A DNA stretch of 64,000 nucleotides from Anthoceros angustus (GCA_010909165.1 VJWM01000007.1:372001-436000), one strand, 5' to 3'. Shown: positions 14,420 to 28,000, counted from the stretch's first letter. Translations and numbers: made by a program. Notes: generated by a model from the letters alone, not told the origin.

Positions 14420-15065
14420 GGACTTCGAAAGGTTTTACAACAGCAGAGATAACTTACTAAGAGACCCCGGATAACCTTACAATAGTGGCCCATTAACTGA
14501 CCAAGAGGCCTCGGAGAACCTTATAACAGCGGCGCATTGCGGGCAGAGATCACATATTAGGCAGCCCTCTAAGGGCCTTACAACTACAACTTTGCCCGCA
14601 TATTTTATGTATATACGAGTTCCCTGAGGGCCTTACAACATCAGCCCTGAATTAGGACGAAGGGCTTTGACAACATAGATCTTATTTCAATCAGCGTTGC
14701 AAGGCCACATGCGGAGATCTTGTATCGGCAGCCTTAAAAGACTTAGACAACAGAGATCTTGTGTGAGGCGGCCTCAAAGGACTTTGACAACGAAGGTCCT
14801 GTATCAAGCGGCCCCAAAGGACGAAGCGCTTCGACAATAGAGATCTTAAGTCACGCAACCTTGAAAAACGAAGAGCTTCTATAACAAAGATCTTATATTA
14901 GACGGGGCTTCGACAACAAAGATCTTATATGAGGTGGCCTTAAGAGGTGAAGGGCTTTGACTATAGAGATCTTATATCAGGTGGCCTTAAAGGATGAAGG
15001 TAGAGTAGACACCTTATGGAGATCTTATAACGGAGATTTTTCATACTCATGTGGAGATCTTATCT
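14420..15065. repeat. Degenerate tandem array, about 40-47 bp unit, roughly 10 copies
   Basis: Recurring core (g/a)ctt(t/c)gacaa(c/t)a(g/a)agatctt(a/g)t followed by ggcc(t/c)(t/c)aaagg, e.g. near 14662, 14740, 14827, 14904 and 14952. Confidence 0.7.
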
Positions 15066-15949
15066 TGAGCAGTTTGTGTGAGTGGGGGTGCAGTACGTGA
15101 GCTGAGATAAGAACTCCACAATTAAGCAGCCTGTAAGCATATCACTATCGGGATGGATGCCATCATTTACGTTCTAAATGGGCAAACGTGTATTCTTGGG
15201 TATCGTCCCACTTTGTGGGCGAGATGTGTGTTCTCAGATACCGTCCTGCACCGGTATCCTCTATGTGAGTTGTTCCATGCGAGATCACCCGTTGAAATAC
15301 AAATACAAGAGAGATTTTACATCGGGCAATAAAGTGGCTATTTAGCTAGTTGCCAAGTTTAGTTGTTGTCCAAGTTACTCACCACATGGTTCATAGATAG
15401 CCCTTTCGGAAAGTTATCCAAGGTCCTTGAAGTTATCCGAAAGCAATTTACCACAAGATTTAGTGATTAGAAGGGACCCCTAACTACCTATAAGCTCCTC
15501 TAACAAGCAGGCTTTATTAAAAGAGAAGTGATAAGTTCATTAACAGATACAAAAAGGAAAGCACACCATAAACTTCAAAAAGATATGGAATAAGTTTGGA
15601 TAATATAACCTTATCAACACATATTAAAGGATGAAATAACTTCATCAACAAATATTGAATGAAATATACAAAAAATTTCAGAAAACTATAGAACCAAGTT
15701 CTGAAAATTTTAACATCATTATTATTCTTAAAAAAATTAAATTAAGGAAATAGAGTAGAAATTATTAATAGATGAGATGGGAAATCCCATCTACCCCTGA
15801 AGTCCGAGGAACACCCTAAAAAGGGCTAATGGTAAAAGGGAAAGTCCTAGTCCTCTCGAATGCCTTTCCCGTGACTACCTACTGCACCAATGATATCGTG
15901 ATCATGGATGATGAAGGGCCTACCTAGCAGTCTTTGAAGAAGCCGCTAG

Positions 15950-16050
15950 TCCACGTAATGCGTGGCGTCTTATAAGCAGTAGCGGTCAGAGCTATCAAAA
16001 CCCGCTGGCGAAAGAAAGCCACCATAGAGGAAAGGGGGAGGCCAAATGAA
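15950..16050 (-). mobile_element. Possible second fragment of a CRE-like element C-terminus
   Basis: Minus strand reads MVAFFRQRVLIAL, resembling the F(L/F)RQRVSIALQR terminal motif of RLE-type LINE ORFs. The match is short. Confidence 0.3.
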
Positions 16051-16362
16051 GTGAATGATAAGTTTACAAACTAACAAATTAAATGAAACAATGTACTCAT
16101 CTAATATAAGTAATATATCTAATAGTATAACGCTTGAATTATACAAAACAAAAATTTTTTAAAGCCTCTCTGGGTGATTTTGCATAATAGTGTATACCAA
16201 ACACCGATCTAAGCTCAACATCCTAAGCTTAGATCGGTACTTAGATGGGGTGCCTAAAGGGAGTGGATGCCCTTGGTGCAAGTAGCTTAGGCACACCATG
16301 GTACAAGTTGTTAAGTACCAAGTCCCATGACGGAAATCCGTCCTTATTGGACTTAAATAAAA

Positions 16363-16387
16363 TTCTTCTTCTTCTTCTTCTTCTTCT
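16363..16387. repeat. (TTC)n microsatellite
   Basis: About 8 consecutive ttc units. Confidence 0.9.
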
Positions 16388-17686
16388 AGGTGATACTATA
16401 TGGAACATGAGGGAACCCCATCCCAACAGTTATCCCCCTTGGGCTGCATAACTAGTTCCGATAAAATCTTGTATAGTACGTCCAGGCTCTCTTGGGTGCA
16501 CTAAGGAGGTGACAATAGATGCTTGCTCCCTTAGAGCAAATGTGGAGCTATTAGCATTTACAGTGTTGTGGAAAGTGACTATTGATGTGATTTTTACCCG
16601 TTTCACCAAAAGTGTAATCAAGTCGGCTGCCGTGAATGTTGCTTCACATGGTAGTCTCTAACATCTGTTTCTCAAATGATGATCTACTCCAAATAAAACC
16701 TGACTTTTCTCTTACCAGGGCCTGCACTTTGTGAGTTGTCTAGTCTCTGTTTGAAGATGTTTGAGTGTTGCCCCTTGGATTTTTCCTTCTTGGACACTTT
16801 GTGTACGTGCTGCATATTGGCAGTCCATGCAAGTCATCGTGGCTAAGTGATCATGTGACAAAGAGGTTACTGGTGAACAACATTACCTACTTAAGTACTT
16901 GTACCATACAAGGAGAGGAAGTGTTTTTCAGAACTTGCTTTGTGTTTTCAATTGTGGGCTTTGTCTTGGTGAAATACAGCTGAACATCTTGCTCGTAAGG
17001 TTTAACCTTAACACCGTGGTTGATACGGCCCTTGACTTGCATAGTGCTGACCCTTCGGCATGCAGCCATTCCTACAATATGCTTTGGCGTGTAGAATGCA
17101 CTCAGGTTTAGTGAGTCTCTCGCAATCTTCACGGATAGCTTTTGGCAGATAGCCTAATCAGTGTATTCGAGCTCTCTGTATTCATACATGTCTTTGTATT
17201 CATACATGAATTACATGTACGGGTAGTCTGCATGAAGATACCAGATACGTCCCGTGACGGCAAGAATCCTACCGGGTGGGCTGTTTCCTTGAAAAAAAAA
17301 AATCTTATATTTTTCTTAGATGAGGTGTTTTCAATTCCGTGGATACGCCCTAACATAAAATCCCTTGAGATAGATGATTTAGAGCATGAAAGCTCAGACA
17401 AGGGATAGATGATTTAGAGTACGAAAGCTCGGAGTGTGAGAGGATGAGATTTGAAACGCTGGGATAGAGAGCATAAGAGCTCCCCACTTGATGAGATTTT
17501 CATAGGAAACCTATGTGATAAATTGTTGTCTTTGAATTAGATTAATTTTGAATCAAGTGCCATCCTTATTTGCTTAAGGCTGCAAAGCCTGTACATCAAT
17601 CCCTGATGGATAGATGATCTCTGCTGAATAGATGACATACAACTGCATTCAAGTGATCAAAGTGGTTTGAGTGAATATAGAGGATA

Positions 17687-18010
17687 GGCATTCCTCACGC
17701 GCAAGAGAATGTCGCATGAGCAAGAGAGCGCAAGAGAATGTCGCATGAGCAAGAGAGCGCAAGAGAATGTCGCATGAGCAAGAGAGCGCAAGAGAATGTC
17801 GCATGAGCAAGAGAGCGCAAGAGAATGTCGCATGAGCAAGAGAGCGCAAGAGAATGTCGCATGAGCAAGAGAGCGCAAGAAAATGTCGCATGAGCAAGAG
17901 GAAGCCATTCCTCACGTGCAAGAGAATGGAATTCATATGCGCAAGAGAATGTCGCATGAGCAAGAGGATGCCATTCCTCAAGTGCAAGAGAATGGAATTC
18001 ATATGCAAGA
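17687..18010. repeat. 29-bp minisatellite with a longer derived unit
   Basis: gcaagagaatgtcgcatgagcaagagagc occurs as six perfect copies from 17701. Two ~66-bp units follow (partial 29-mer plus ccattcctcaNgtgcaagagaatggaattcatatgc). Confidence 0.95.
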
Positions 18011-18104
18011 GGATACGATGGGAATGAATAAGGGGGATGATGAATTGGATAACATAACCAATGATTGATAATGAGCATGAGACGCATAGCTTTCTATGAT
18101 AGCA

Positions 18105-21100
18105 TCATCCTATGAGCTCACTAATGGGTGGACGATCCATGACTACTGCAGCCAACCTCGCGGTCTTGGCCAACTGTGGGCTGATATTTGGGAGTTGAGG
18201 AATCTGCATCACCACGACAGCATCCGGTGTCGGTCAAGAAGTGGCGTAGCAAATGCAACAAGGTTTCAAGCTCATGCGACTACTAAAGAACAACTGAAGG
18301 CTGACGAGTTTCGGACATGGAATGGGACTCATGGTGCTCGAAACACATGCAGGCACCACCATTGCAGACCTGAGATAGAAGATCGATTGATCTGCGTAGC
18401 AATCTAGCAATGTCGCCTTCATCCATCCCGCAATCTGCTATCAGCTCCTTCCATGTGACCCCTACTGCCCAGGCCTCCACCATGCCTGCGAACTGTGTGT
18501 TTAGTTCACACCTTATCTGAGAAATTCAAGCCGACCAATTAGGAAGAAGTAGCAAATAACCGAACTCTTGTGCTGGGAAATGACGAAACCCCAAATGCAG
18601 GTGACTGCAGAGCTTTGCGGCATGCTACCTGCACGTTCTGTTTTTCTTGGAGTCGTTCAAGCCAGCCGCGAGTCATTTCCATTTCCTCTACGCACTGTGC
18701 AACATTCGTAGAGACTTGGTATATGACACTGCGTTGTAAAGAACTCCACAGCACCAGGTCAGACCATTGTCCGAGACAGGTGTCCCGCTCCGACCAAGAC
18801 GAGTTTCTAAGTAGAATGATAGAGTCAGACAAACAGATACCTTGGTCCGTTTTCTGGGCGAGACTTGATTCCATCTGACACCAGACTTCCACAAACTGCA
18901 GCAAGTTCTTCAGGCCTCAGGCCACTCAAAGCACTGTTCCTGAAAACGAGGGCCAGCCACAGCTCGTTCTCCCCGTGGATTGATGCAGCGATTTCTCCAA
19001 GCTCAAGCAATTCATAGCTTTCAGGCTTCAGCGCTTCGGCAGCCTCAAGCACATTCACAACCTGACAGAAAGGTTTTAGATTTCAGCTTCTACGCAGACA
19101 ACTCACCTCCACCTCAAAGACCATTTGCGGTACCTGTAGAAACTCCTTCCACCCAGTTGGCTGCATCTTTTCAATACGAGTGGCAATACGTGACGCCTTG
19201 GCCTGCAATCGTGCAAGCTTCTCACTCCTAGACTTTTCAAATCGTAGAAGATGTTTCTCCTCTTTATAACCTAGGCAGTTCTTCATGATCTTCTTCAGTC
19301 TAGTGACTTCCTTTCTCTGAGTTGAGAGCGACTTTTCCAGCTGAACAAGATCATCTGGGGTCTGTAGGCAGTAGAAAGACTTAGAAGGGTCCCTCCTCGG
19401 ATGGGAAAAAACTTAAGAGGAGTACTTAAATGTCTTCACCTAAATACCAGCTCCAGTCAAATTCGATGCATGCACTAGCCAGCATTAAGGGTGCAAGCAA
19501 CCAATCGCATCAAATAGCACAACCACAAAACGGTGCTTACCGGATGTGTATCTGTGAGCTCACTAAGACGGGGGACATGTACACTCCATGCCCATGTATC
19601 CATCGAGCTTTCAGCACACCATACACTACTAAGTTTACTCCAACCTGATCTCCCAAGATTCTGCCAAGACAAAGACCTGCTTCTGAGCTTGTCCTTGAAG
19701 ATGCTTTTCAGTGGCAAGTGGGTTGAGTCACTAGGCACAAAACAAGATTTGCTGATGGTTAAAACTGATCTCCCCGTGAACATGTACCAGGAGTTGTCTG
19801 ACGCCAAAGCCACATAATAGCACTCTTGAGGACCACTACTAGATGCTTCAAGGTCATCTGCGCCATTCCTCTCAGGAGCTGATGTCTCCGTGTCACTGTT
19901 ATTGTCACCTTCCAAATCAGTTTCATGTTCTTCAGAGTCACCCAGCCCCAAATCAGCAGAAGAAACCTGAAAAGATTGACAAAGTCCCTAGATACTGTCA
20001 GAAACGCCACTTATCACCCCATTCCACATGAAGGCAAGCAGTGGATCCCTAGCCACATAATAGCAGCCAATCCCATCCAAGCAAGACCTACAGGGTTGTC
20101 CAATGTCGACAGAGGCTGAGGAACACTGCAGACATACAGTGCTGGAATCACTTGCTCATGTCCTGTCTCGGCATCTGTATACGTGATGGAAATATATGGT
20201 AAAGCATCTGATCCCACTGCATCCAGGATCGGCTGAACCATGGAAACTCTCCTGGCTTCAACTCTGGCCCGCAAATCCCTCGTGTCTCGTTTTGCTTCCT
20301 GCGCAAATTATGTGCAGTGCTTGTCAATTTGTCCTTTGAAGAATTTGAAGTACACATTGATGAAATCCCACAGGGAACATGAGAATGGAAACACATTAAC
20401 AGCAAATAATTGCTAACCTGAACACTTGCTTTGGCTTCCACATACTCTTGCCACTCATCCGCTCTTAATTTATCCTGTACAAATTGAGAAGTGTCCTGTA
20501 TTCCCTCTTCCTGTAATTTGGCAATCTCTACCTCCAGCCTACCCAATTGCTGTTTTGCTGACACCATGACTTCACTACCAATATAATTCCCAAAACTCTT
20601 TTCAACCAAAGCTCGAGCCTCCTCCAAACTTCTCCCATGCTTCACTGGCTTTGCATCGGGCACATCTTTCGGCCTTGCTCTCTACACAAAGCAACACTCT
20701 TCATCACTAGATGTAGCCAGAGGAACCTAAAATGGGCATAAAGAAAGCTTAAAGATGAGAAAGGTTTCAAACTGCCTTCAGGACCAACGCACCCCCAACA
20801 GATTAAGAGCCATGCCATAGGTTGCAGTGAACTGCGACACTAACGGGTCTGGCCCGGCAAAAAGAAGCTTGCAGCACTCCTCGGCTCCCTCAAATGGAGT
20901 CTGGATCACCACCACATGCCCCTGATTGTCAATGCCCCTTCGACCTGCACGACCCGCCATCTGAAGCATGGCGTTGGAGCTCAAGAGCATCTGACCATCA
21001 TCTCCGCGCTTGCTCAAAGACGACAAGACTGTTGTCCTGGCAGGCATATTGATGCCTGCTGCTAGTGTCTCCGTAGCAAAAATCAATTTTATCAAACCAT

Positions 21101-23431
21101 CCTGAAACAAGTCTTCAATAAATGCCTTCCAAGCCGGCAAACAACCGGCGTGATGAGCAGCAACACCGCATAGAAGGCTTTTCACAGCTGATTCTCTGAC
21201 AGCTTCTGGGTGTTGCTCCCGAAATCTTGACAAAGCCAGTTCTACCTTGCCAACCTGTTCATCTGACAGTAGATGGGCATCTTGTATGTATTTCGTGGCA
21301 GCGTCACATCCCCGTCGGCTGAATATGAACCAGATAGCAGGTAGCATATCTCTGTCCTTTAATTGAAAAACAGTGTCGATTATCCGAGGAACCTGACAAA
21401 ACCATAGAATTTAGCATGGGAGAGGTGGGAGACTCTTGAAGCAGCACATGGAAAAGAAAAGAGAAAGAGTTCACCTACAGACCTGTCGCCGGCGAAGAAA
21501 TTGAAGCTCCTCTTCAGAAACCATTTCCTCTGCGACTGACCATTCTTCTCCTTTCCGGAGGCCGAGACGCTTCTGACTACCTCTGCTCCTATCGGAAGAA
21601 CCGCGCTTTCTTCTTGATCTCTCATCCACCCACTCTTCGAAGTCTGTATCCTTCTGCTGAGTCATAAGCAATCGCCTGCAGATGCATTTAGAGTGGTGAA
21701 AAAAGAAACCTCTTTCCACCATGATGCAATAACTGTCAACGAGCAACGAAAATGAGACCACACCTGTTCATGGCAGTAGCCTGCTCATTCAGAAGAGGAA
21801 GAAATGCGCCACGGGCTGAAAAGTGCCACATCAGTGGGACAGGCCTTCTCGAAGATGTAACCAATTCTGTGGGGCCATGAACCTGCACTACAATCCTTAT
21901 CCGATTGCAGCAATCCAGAAGGGAAGAAGACATTGACAAGAGATCACGCTTGCAAGCCATGATCTCTTGTCAAGTCCATGGTGTAGCATTGGAAGGCCCA
22001 CCAAACTGAGGGTGTACCTGAGCAATCCATCCAGCTAGCTCCTCAGGGTTGGCAACAGTTGCCGACAAGCAGATGAGACTGATATCTTTAGGGCAGTAGA
22101 TGACCTGCAGCATCAAGTTTGCTGGAAAATCAGTTCTCGAAGGCCAGCTGATCAGTTCTCCCCTCTTTCAGGGAACCAAGGCTCGGTGAAAGGGCAGACA
22201 CTGAAGTCAGGGCACGCAGGCCAGAAGGGTCAGACAAGAGGAGCAGCCATTGTCGGGCAGCAGAACTGTAATGTGGTTAGTGATAGACTTGGGGGGATTG
22301 ATCTAAGGGCAGCTAGTAGCAAGCATAAACGAGTCAACATGGTGAGCAGGTGGTCCAGTGAAGGATCGACGACATGGACAACAACAGGCTGGATACCGTA
22401 CCGTCTCCTCCCACACAGTGCCCCTGGAGATGTCACTGAGATAGTGGACCTCGTCCAGCACAATCGCATCAACCTGAGCCAGCAGGCTCCCTTCCTCCAG
22501 GAACCGCTCCCTGAAGGGAGGAAGTGTTGCATCAAATCAGTGGATGCAGCTACAAACTGGACGTCAGCTGGGGTAGAGGCAGGAGATGCCAAGGCAGGAG
22601 AAGAGACGTGACCTCTGGTACAACATGTTTCTCAGAATTTCGGTGGTCATAACCAGGATCGGAGCGTGTCTATTGACAGCAGCGTCTCCGGTCAGAAGCC
22701 CCACATTCGACTCTCCGAACAACTCTCTGAGCAAATGGTGAGCAGCGGCGGTGAGCAGTGCAAACAGACATGAGAAAAGAGGGAGCAGCGGCAGCCTCGA
22801 GAGCCGACCTGAATTCCCGCAGCTTCTGATTCGACAGCGCCTTGAGAGGCGTGGTGTAGAAGAGCTTCCTGCCCCTGAGCAGCGTCGCCGCTGCTGCAGC
22901 TTCCGCCACCAGCGTCTTGCCGCTGCTGGTGGGGGCGCACACCACCAGCGACAGTCCTCTGAGAAACGCATCGATAGCCAGCCTCTGCACAAGAGCAACA
23001 ACGTGAGCAGCGTTGAATGTGCAACCAACACCAGAATGTGCGACAGGGCGATGGACGAGGACCTGGAATTTGTCGATGGGGAATTCGTAGAGCTGGACCA
23101 CGTCCGCGGTGCTCAGGTCCTGGGATTCCCGGGCCTCGAGCTTGGCGCGCAGGGCGTGGAATCTGGCTTCCTTCCCCGCCGGCTCCTGGGGGTCTGGGGG
23201 GCTGGCGGCTCCATCCCGGGGGGAAGCGCGCCCGGCTGGGCTCTCCTGGTGCGTGGGCAGCGCAAGCAGAGGAGAGTGCGCGGCTGCGGACCCCGGGCCC
23301 GGGCCCGGGCCCGAGCCGGTGCAGGCACACCACAGGAAGGTGCGCGTGAGGGCCAAGGGAGGGGCTTGCCAAATGCTGGTGCCAGGAGACGGACGGGCCG
23401 CGCTTGCTCCCGCCACGGCCAGCAACGCCAT
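18105..23431 (-). CDS. ISE2: Chloroplast Ski2-like DExH-box RNA helicase, ISE2/DExH15 orthologue (multi-exon)
   Basis: Transit-peptide-like N-terminus from ATG 23431 (23437 is GTG). Motifs APTSSGKT, YTTPLKALSNQK, IVLDEVHY (~22450), ICLSATVANP, PAIWFIFSRRGCD, FATETLAAGINMPART and QMAGRAGRRG. DSHCT-like end MDEGDIARLLRRSIDLLSQ|IPQLP...MDRPPISELIG* with TGA at 18105-18107. Confidence 0.93.
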
Positions 23432-23704
23432 CGCCACCCACTACCCACCTCCCTTCCTTGCCTGGAAGTTTGAATCAACCTGAATTCTGTGCTGCGCAAT
23501 ATGGAGCAAGGCAGCACAGCTTGCAATCTTCGTGAATATCTGAGACACAACATTGGTTCTTAATCACAGAAGATGAACTTTACATCAGCGGAATCCCCGC
23601 GTTGTTTGCCAACCATCTAATGGACTAGAGAATCCGCTACCCTGCCTGCCTGCCTGCACCCACAAAGGCTAGCTACTTCACGCTCGTCCTCTGCACCTAG
23701 GTGT

Positions 23705-24920
23705 CTAGCCTCTCAACCACGTATTACGGAAGGACGACATGTCTTTGAGAGATGCATCGTGAGGCTTATACTCCATGAGATAGCTGAGAGGAAGGTGCAA
23801 GTGGCGTTTGATGGAGTCCCTCAATAGCATCACTGCCTGCACGCATCCATGCACACAGATGGGTGGGTCACTGCTTGCACCTTACACAAGCCCGGCTCGC
23901 GGACTGTCTGCTGCAGCAGCTGCCCTTACCTGATTGTCTGCAGAATTTCGATTCCAGATGCTCAGGATGTCTTCGCCAAATCGGATGCTCAGCACAGCAC
24001 CGCAGACTGTGTCACTTGGCTCTAGTTGATCACCCACCATTGCCAGGACCTGGATGTCCGGACAGATACCACATAAGATCACTACTCCACCCTGGTGACA
24101 CGGTGACAGAAAGTGACACCACACAGAAACGGAGACTTCATTACCAAGTCTTCCCAGTATCTCCCCGACACCACCTTCTTAAACCTGATGATCCACTTGC
24201 CCCCATTACGGTTAGCTGCATCCTGTCAACACACACATCGTAGAATCCATCACTGGATTCAACAGGCTCCATGGCTCAAAGCAAAGCATAGCAAAGCACA
24301 TCAGGTACCTCCCACAGAGGGCGGATTCCCTCCTTGAACACATGCAGATCTGTGGGAACCGGCAAGTTCACAGCCCTGGTAAGATGGCAATAGCAACCCC
24401 AGTACCCTTCAACCTGACAACCACACCACCACATGGACTCAGTGCAACATGTCAGCATCTTCCATCCCAGGTGGGAGCCAACAACAGGCTTGCTGCAGAC
24501 AGCGAGGGCCACCAACCGTACTGAATTCCGCAATCTTCTTCATGCTGTCCTCGTACGTGGTAATGTTTCGCACACCGGGCGTTCGTCGGGTGTACCAGCA
24601 CACAAAGCGGTGCTGCTCCAGACATGAACAGAAATGCAAGTCCAGGTTCAGTTCAGGTTCCGACAATCAGCAACCTTGTCCCAGCGAAAACAGTGGCGAG
24701 CTACCTGCAGAGGGTGCAACCCAGCTCGGAATTCCCTGCTCTGCCGCTCCCGCTCGTCCACCGGCTTGTGCCCATCATTGCCTCCCTGCTCCCCGGTAAG
24801 CGAGAGGAGCGGAGCGGGGTCAGGAGGGCGGGGACCGCCTGACTTTTGATCAACTACATCGGCAGCTGTATTCTGCTGCTGGGCTTCCCGCTCCCGATCC
24901 TGCTCACGCTCGGCTTCCAT
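23705..24920 (-). CDS. nCBP: Novel cap-binding protein (class II eIF4E)
   Basis: Spliced reading HPLQHRFVCWYTRRTPGVR...STVEGYWGCYCHL...DLHVFKEGIRPLWE...NGGKWIIRFKK...GAVLSIRFGEDILSIWNRNS...MEYKPHDASLKDMSSFRNTWLRG*, with stop at 23705-23707. Confidence 0.95.
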
Positions 24921-25028
24921 GTGTAGCTAGCGAACTCAACAGCAAGCCGGGGCGCTGTTATATAGGTTTGCTCCGTCTCGTGTGGGGCTGGAGTCTCTGT
25001 ATGCGAGCTCCACCCGTACCAGGCCACC

Positions 25029-28000
25029 ATGCGCTGGGTTCGTGCTGTTAGCGGCGACTTCAAGGGGACTCCTCCCTCGCCGCGGAGGTCAGCTCTCGTT
25101 GCTTTGTCGCTCACGGCCCAGGCCTAGCCAGGCTGGGCTTGGAATTGTTTTCGTTGTTTGCTTGCTTGTCTTGGCGTTTTGGGTTGCATGAGGAAGGCTA
25201 CATACACTCCAAATTGCGCAGTGGGCACTCGACCGTGCGAGTGGGAGGATCATTCGTTGTCGTCTTTGGTGGCCTTGTGGACAAAACCTTCTTGCAGGAC
25301 GTTACCGTTTTAGACACTGGTATTAATCGATTCCTTTCGTGATCGTGTTGATGCACAACCCAGACACACGCTCAGGCACGTCATGGCTCTTTTGCAGACA
25401 ATGACATCTGGTTCACACCACCCAGTACGCTCGGTGATTCCGACGTCCCTGCTCCAAGTCCGAGGGCGTTCCATGTTGCTGTGGCCATGGATACCAACAT
25501 GTTTGTTTTCGGTGGACGTCGAAATGGGCGGAAGAGGTAGGAATGTTGCCTAGCACCAGGCAGTAGTCTTTGCCCGGCCTCGTCTGTCCTTCTCTGCAAA
25601 CGTCCTTCTGATTTGGGTTCGTTATAACGTGGCAGGCTGGGAGACTTTTGGATGCTTGACACAGGTGATTGTGAAGGAAGCCTCCCAGAGTTTGAAGCAG
25701 TTGTATTTTCAAATGCTGGGTTGACTATTGGAGGTGGCAGGGTCTTGATAATGTAGCCTGGAGCACTCATTTGGGTGGTTGGTGCTTGGTTGGGCTTCAG
25801 TGACATGGCAATGGGCAGAATTGGTTGGCTTTGGTGATATTCCACCAGCACGGGATTTTGCAGCCGGGGCCTCAGTTGGTAATGGGAAGATTGTGATGTG
25901 AGATTCAAGCTACCCTGTCGCTTTCTTGCTGGCCTTTGATCTGGCGGTACTATTTTAGCTCACAAGTTTGTTGGATCAACACAGATACGGCGGGTGGGAT
26001 GGCGACAAATGGCTTTCAGACGTGTTTGTCCTGGACACAAGTATGCACGTCTTAAGGACCTGATTTTCAGAATCAGTGGGAGGAAGCTTCTTCTGTTTCG
26101 TTACAATGACTGTGCACTGTCCGCCTGTAGTGTCATTGGAGTGGCAACGGTTGCCAGTCGTGGGACCAACACCCCCACCACGCTGTGGTCATTCTCTGAT
26201 AATGCTCGAGAAGCGCATGCTTATATTTGGAGGCAGAGGTGCAATGTTGATTGGGATATAGCATTTTACTTTGAGGTCATTTTAAGTTGACTAGCAGCGT
26301 CTTCAACATGACTAGGGATTTCATGACCTGGTTGCTCTATTTCAGGTGGCTGTAGCTCTTACCAGTGGTTGTCACTGGGCAGTCTTAGTTTTTAGCTAAT
26401 GCTGTTCTCTAATTTCTCAGGAGGTGGTGGCCCTATTATGGGAGACCTGTGGGCACTGAAGGGGCTGTTTGATGGAGGTATGCATCGTGGAAATTCTCTT
26501 TGCAAGCAAGTGGAGGTGCAATATGATTTATATCAGATATTTAAGGTTGATGATAATGGACGAACAATAGAGATCAACTTACTTTGTTGGCTGGTTTGCC
26601 AGAGACGGAACATGCTCAATGGACTCAGCTTAAGCTTCCTGGCTCGTCGCCCTCAGCACGGTGTGGACATTCCATCACCTCTGGTGGTTCTCAGGTAACG
26701 TTTAGCCTCTTTCATGCCACTTTGCAGGGATGGGGGTCAATTGCCTGTTCTCTGAGGGATTCTTTATGGAGGCTGATTTGCAGCTATTTATATTTGGCGG
26801 ACATGGGACTGCGGGTTGGTTGACTCGTTACGACATATATTTCAATGATGTGGTCGTTCTCGATCGTGGTATGTAAGACCTGGTGCAAGGACTGGTGTGA
26901 TTAGAAAGTGCTTTGTGGATGAAGGTGCCCCATTTACATGAGACTTTGATACAGACATGAACCTCTCACAGACTTAATGGCAGCTGTGTGGGTGTTGAGA
27001 TGTTTAGCTGGCAGATATTAGGCGTGTTCCAAGGGCTGTTCTTGTTCATCGCTGTTTGACTTCCCCTTCATCCAATGTCTGTTGTGCATGTTTCCAGCAT
27101 CTGTTCAATGGAAGCAGCTGACCGTGCTTGGCGATTTACCACCGCCAGTGGCTTATCATTCTATGACTCGAGTCCGAGGTCGACTCCTTTTGTTTGGAGG
27201 ATATGATGGGAAGGCTACCTATGGGGACATTTGGTGGTTGGTACCCGAAGGTTGATCTCCAGGTCCCAATTCCCACCTTTCGTTTATTTGCACATCTTGG
27301 TGTCATCAGCTTCCTCTGTTTTCTATACTTGCAGTAGGGAGAAGTGAACAGTGAATCTTAGTCATGGTCTCAATTACACTTGAGTTTCCAATGTCCACAG
27401 ATGATCCGATAGGTAGTCGAGCTTTGCAGCATTCAGAATCAGCAGTGGCTGCAACGGGCTCTGCACAGAGATCGAGTCAAGGTGGCAAGGTTTGTGGCAT
27501 GACTTCTATATCAACAGAAGCAGTAGTTTCAATAGGTGTTAAACTCATGTCGACCGAGCCACTCTAACCTTGTGCCATGCACACAGATCTGGAACTCCAC
27601 AGGACTGCCTACAACCGACAAACTTCGAAAGCGCTTGGGCTTGCCGGCCCTTGCAGATCCTCCTCTGCCAGCAACTCAAACTGACAAACAGGACATGAGG
27701 ACCTTACCAGTTGTTGAAGGTTCTGAAGACGAACTAAAGGTTGCTTTGCATAACGTGACTGTGCCTAACATTCCTTTACATCACTGTGCTCCATCGGCGC
27801 CGATCTCTTGTATGTGCTTAGATCATTGGATGTGCGAAATTTCAGGTTATTCGAGACAGATGGTCGACAGTTCATTCTGCGGATTTACGTCTAAGCGAGT
27901 TGGAACTTCTCTTGAGTCATTATCAGGACCTCGTTGCTGATTCGCACAGGTGAGATGCCGACATAGTTGCATTTGTCCTTTTGATTGCCATGTCGCCGGG

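Noticed and set aside
16430-17410. Short ORFs in the intergenic block
   Set aside because: They show no recognisable motifs; probably decayed repeat DNA that cannot be classified by eye.
17701-17900. 29-bp repeats as a CRISPR array
   Set aside because: The copies are directly adjacent with no unique spacers, there are no cas genes, and the context is eukaryotic.
17649-18087. Three overlapping repetitive ORFs (LLRSLAHATFSCALLLMRHS...)
   Set aside because: They are artefacts of the stop-free 29-bp minisatellite.
22692-23553. Multiple long overlapping ORFs at the ISE2 5' end (likewise near 12780-13608 and 46019-47068)
   Set aside because: These are shadow ORFs caused by GC-rich first exons and show no recognisable motifs.
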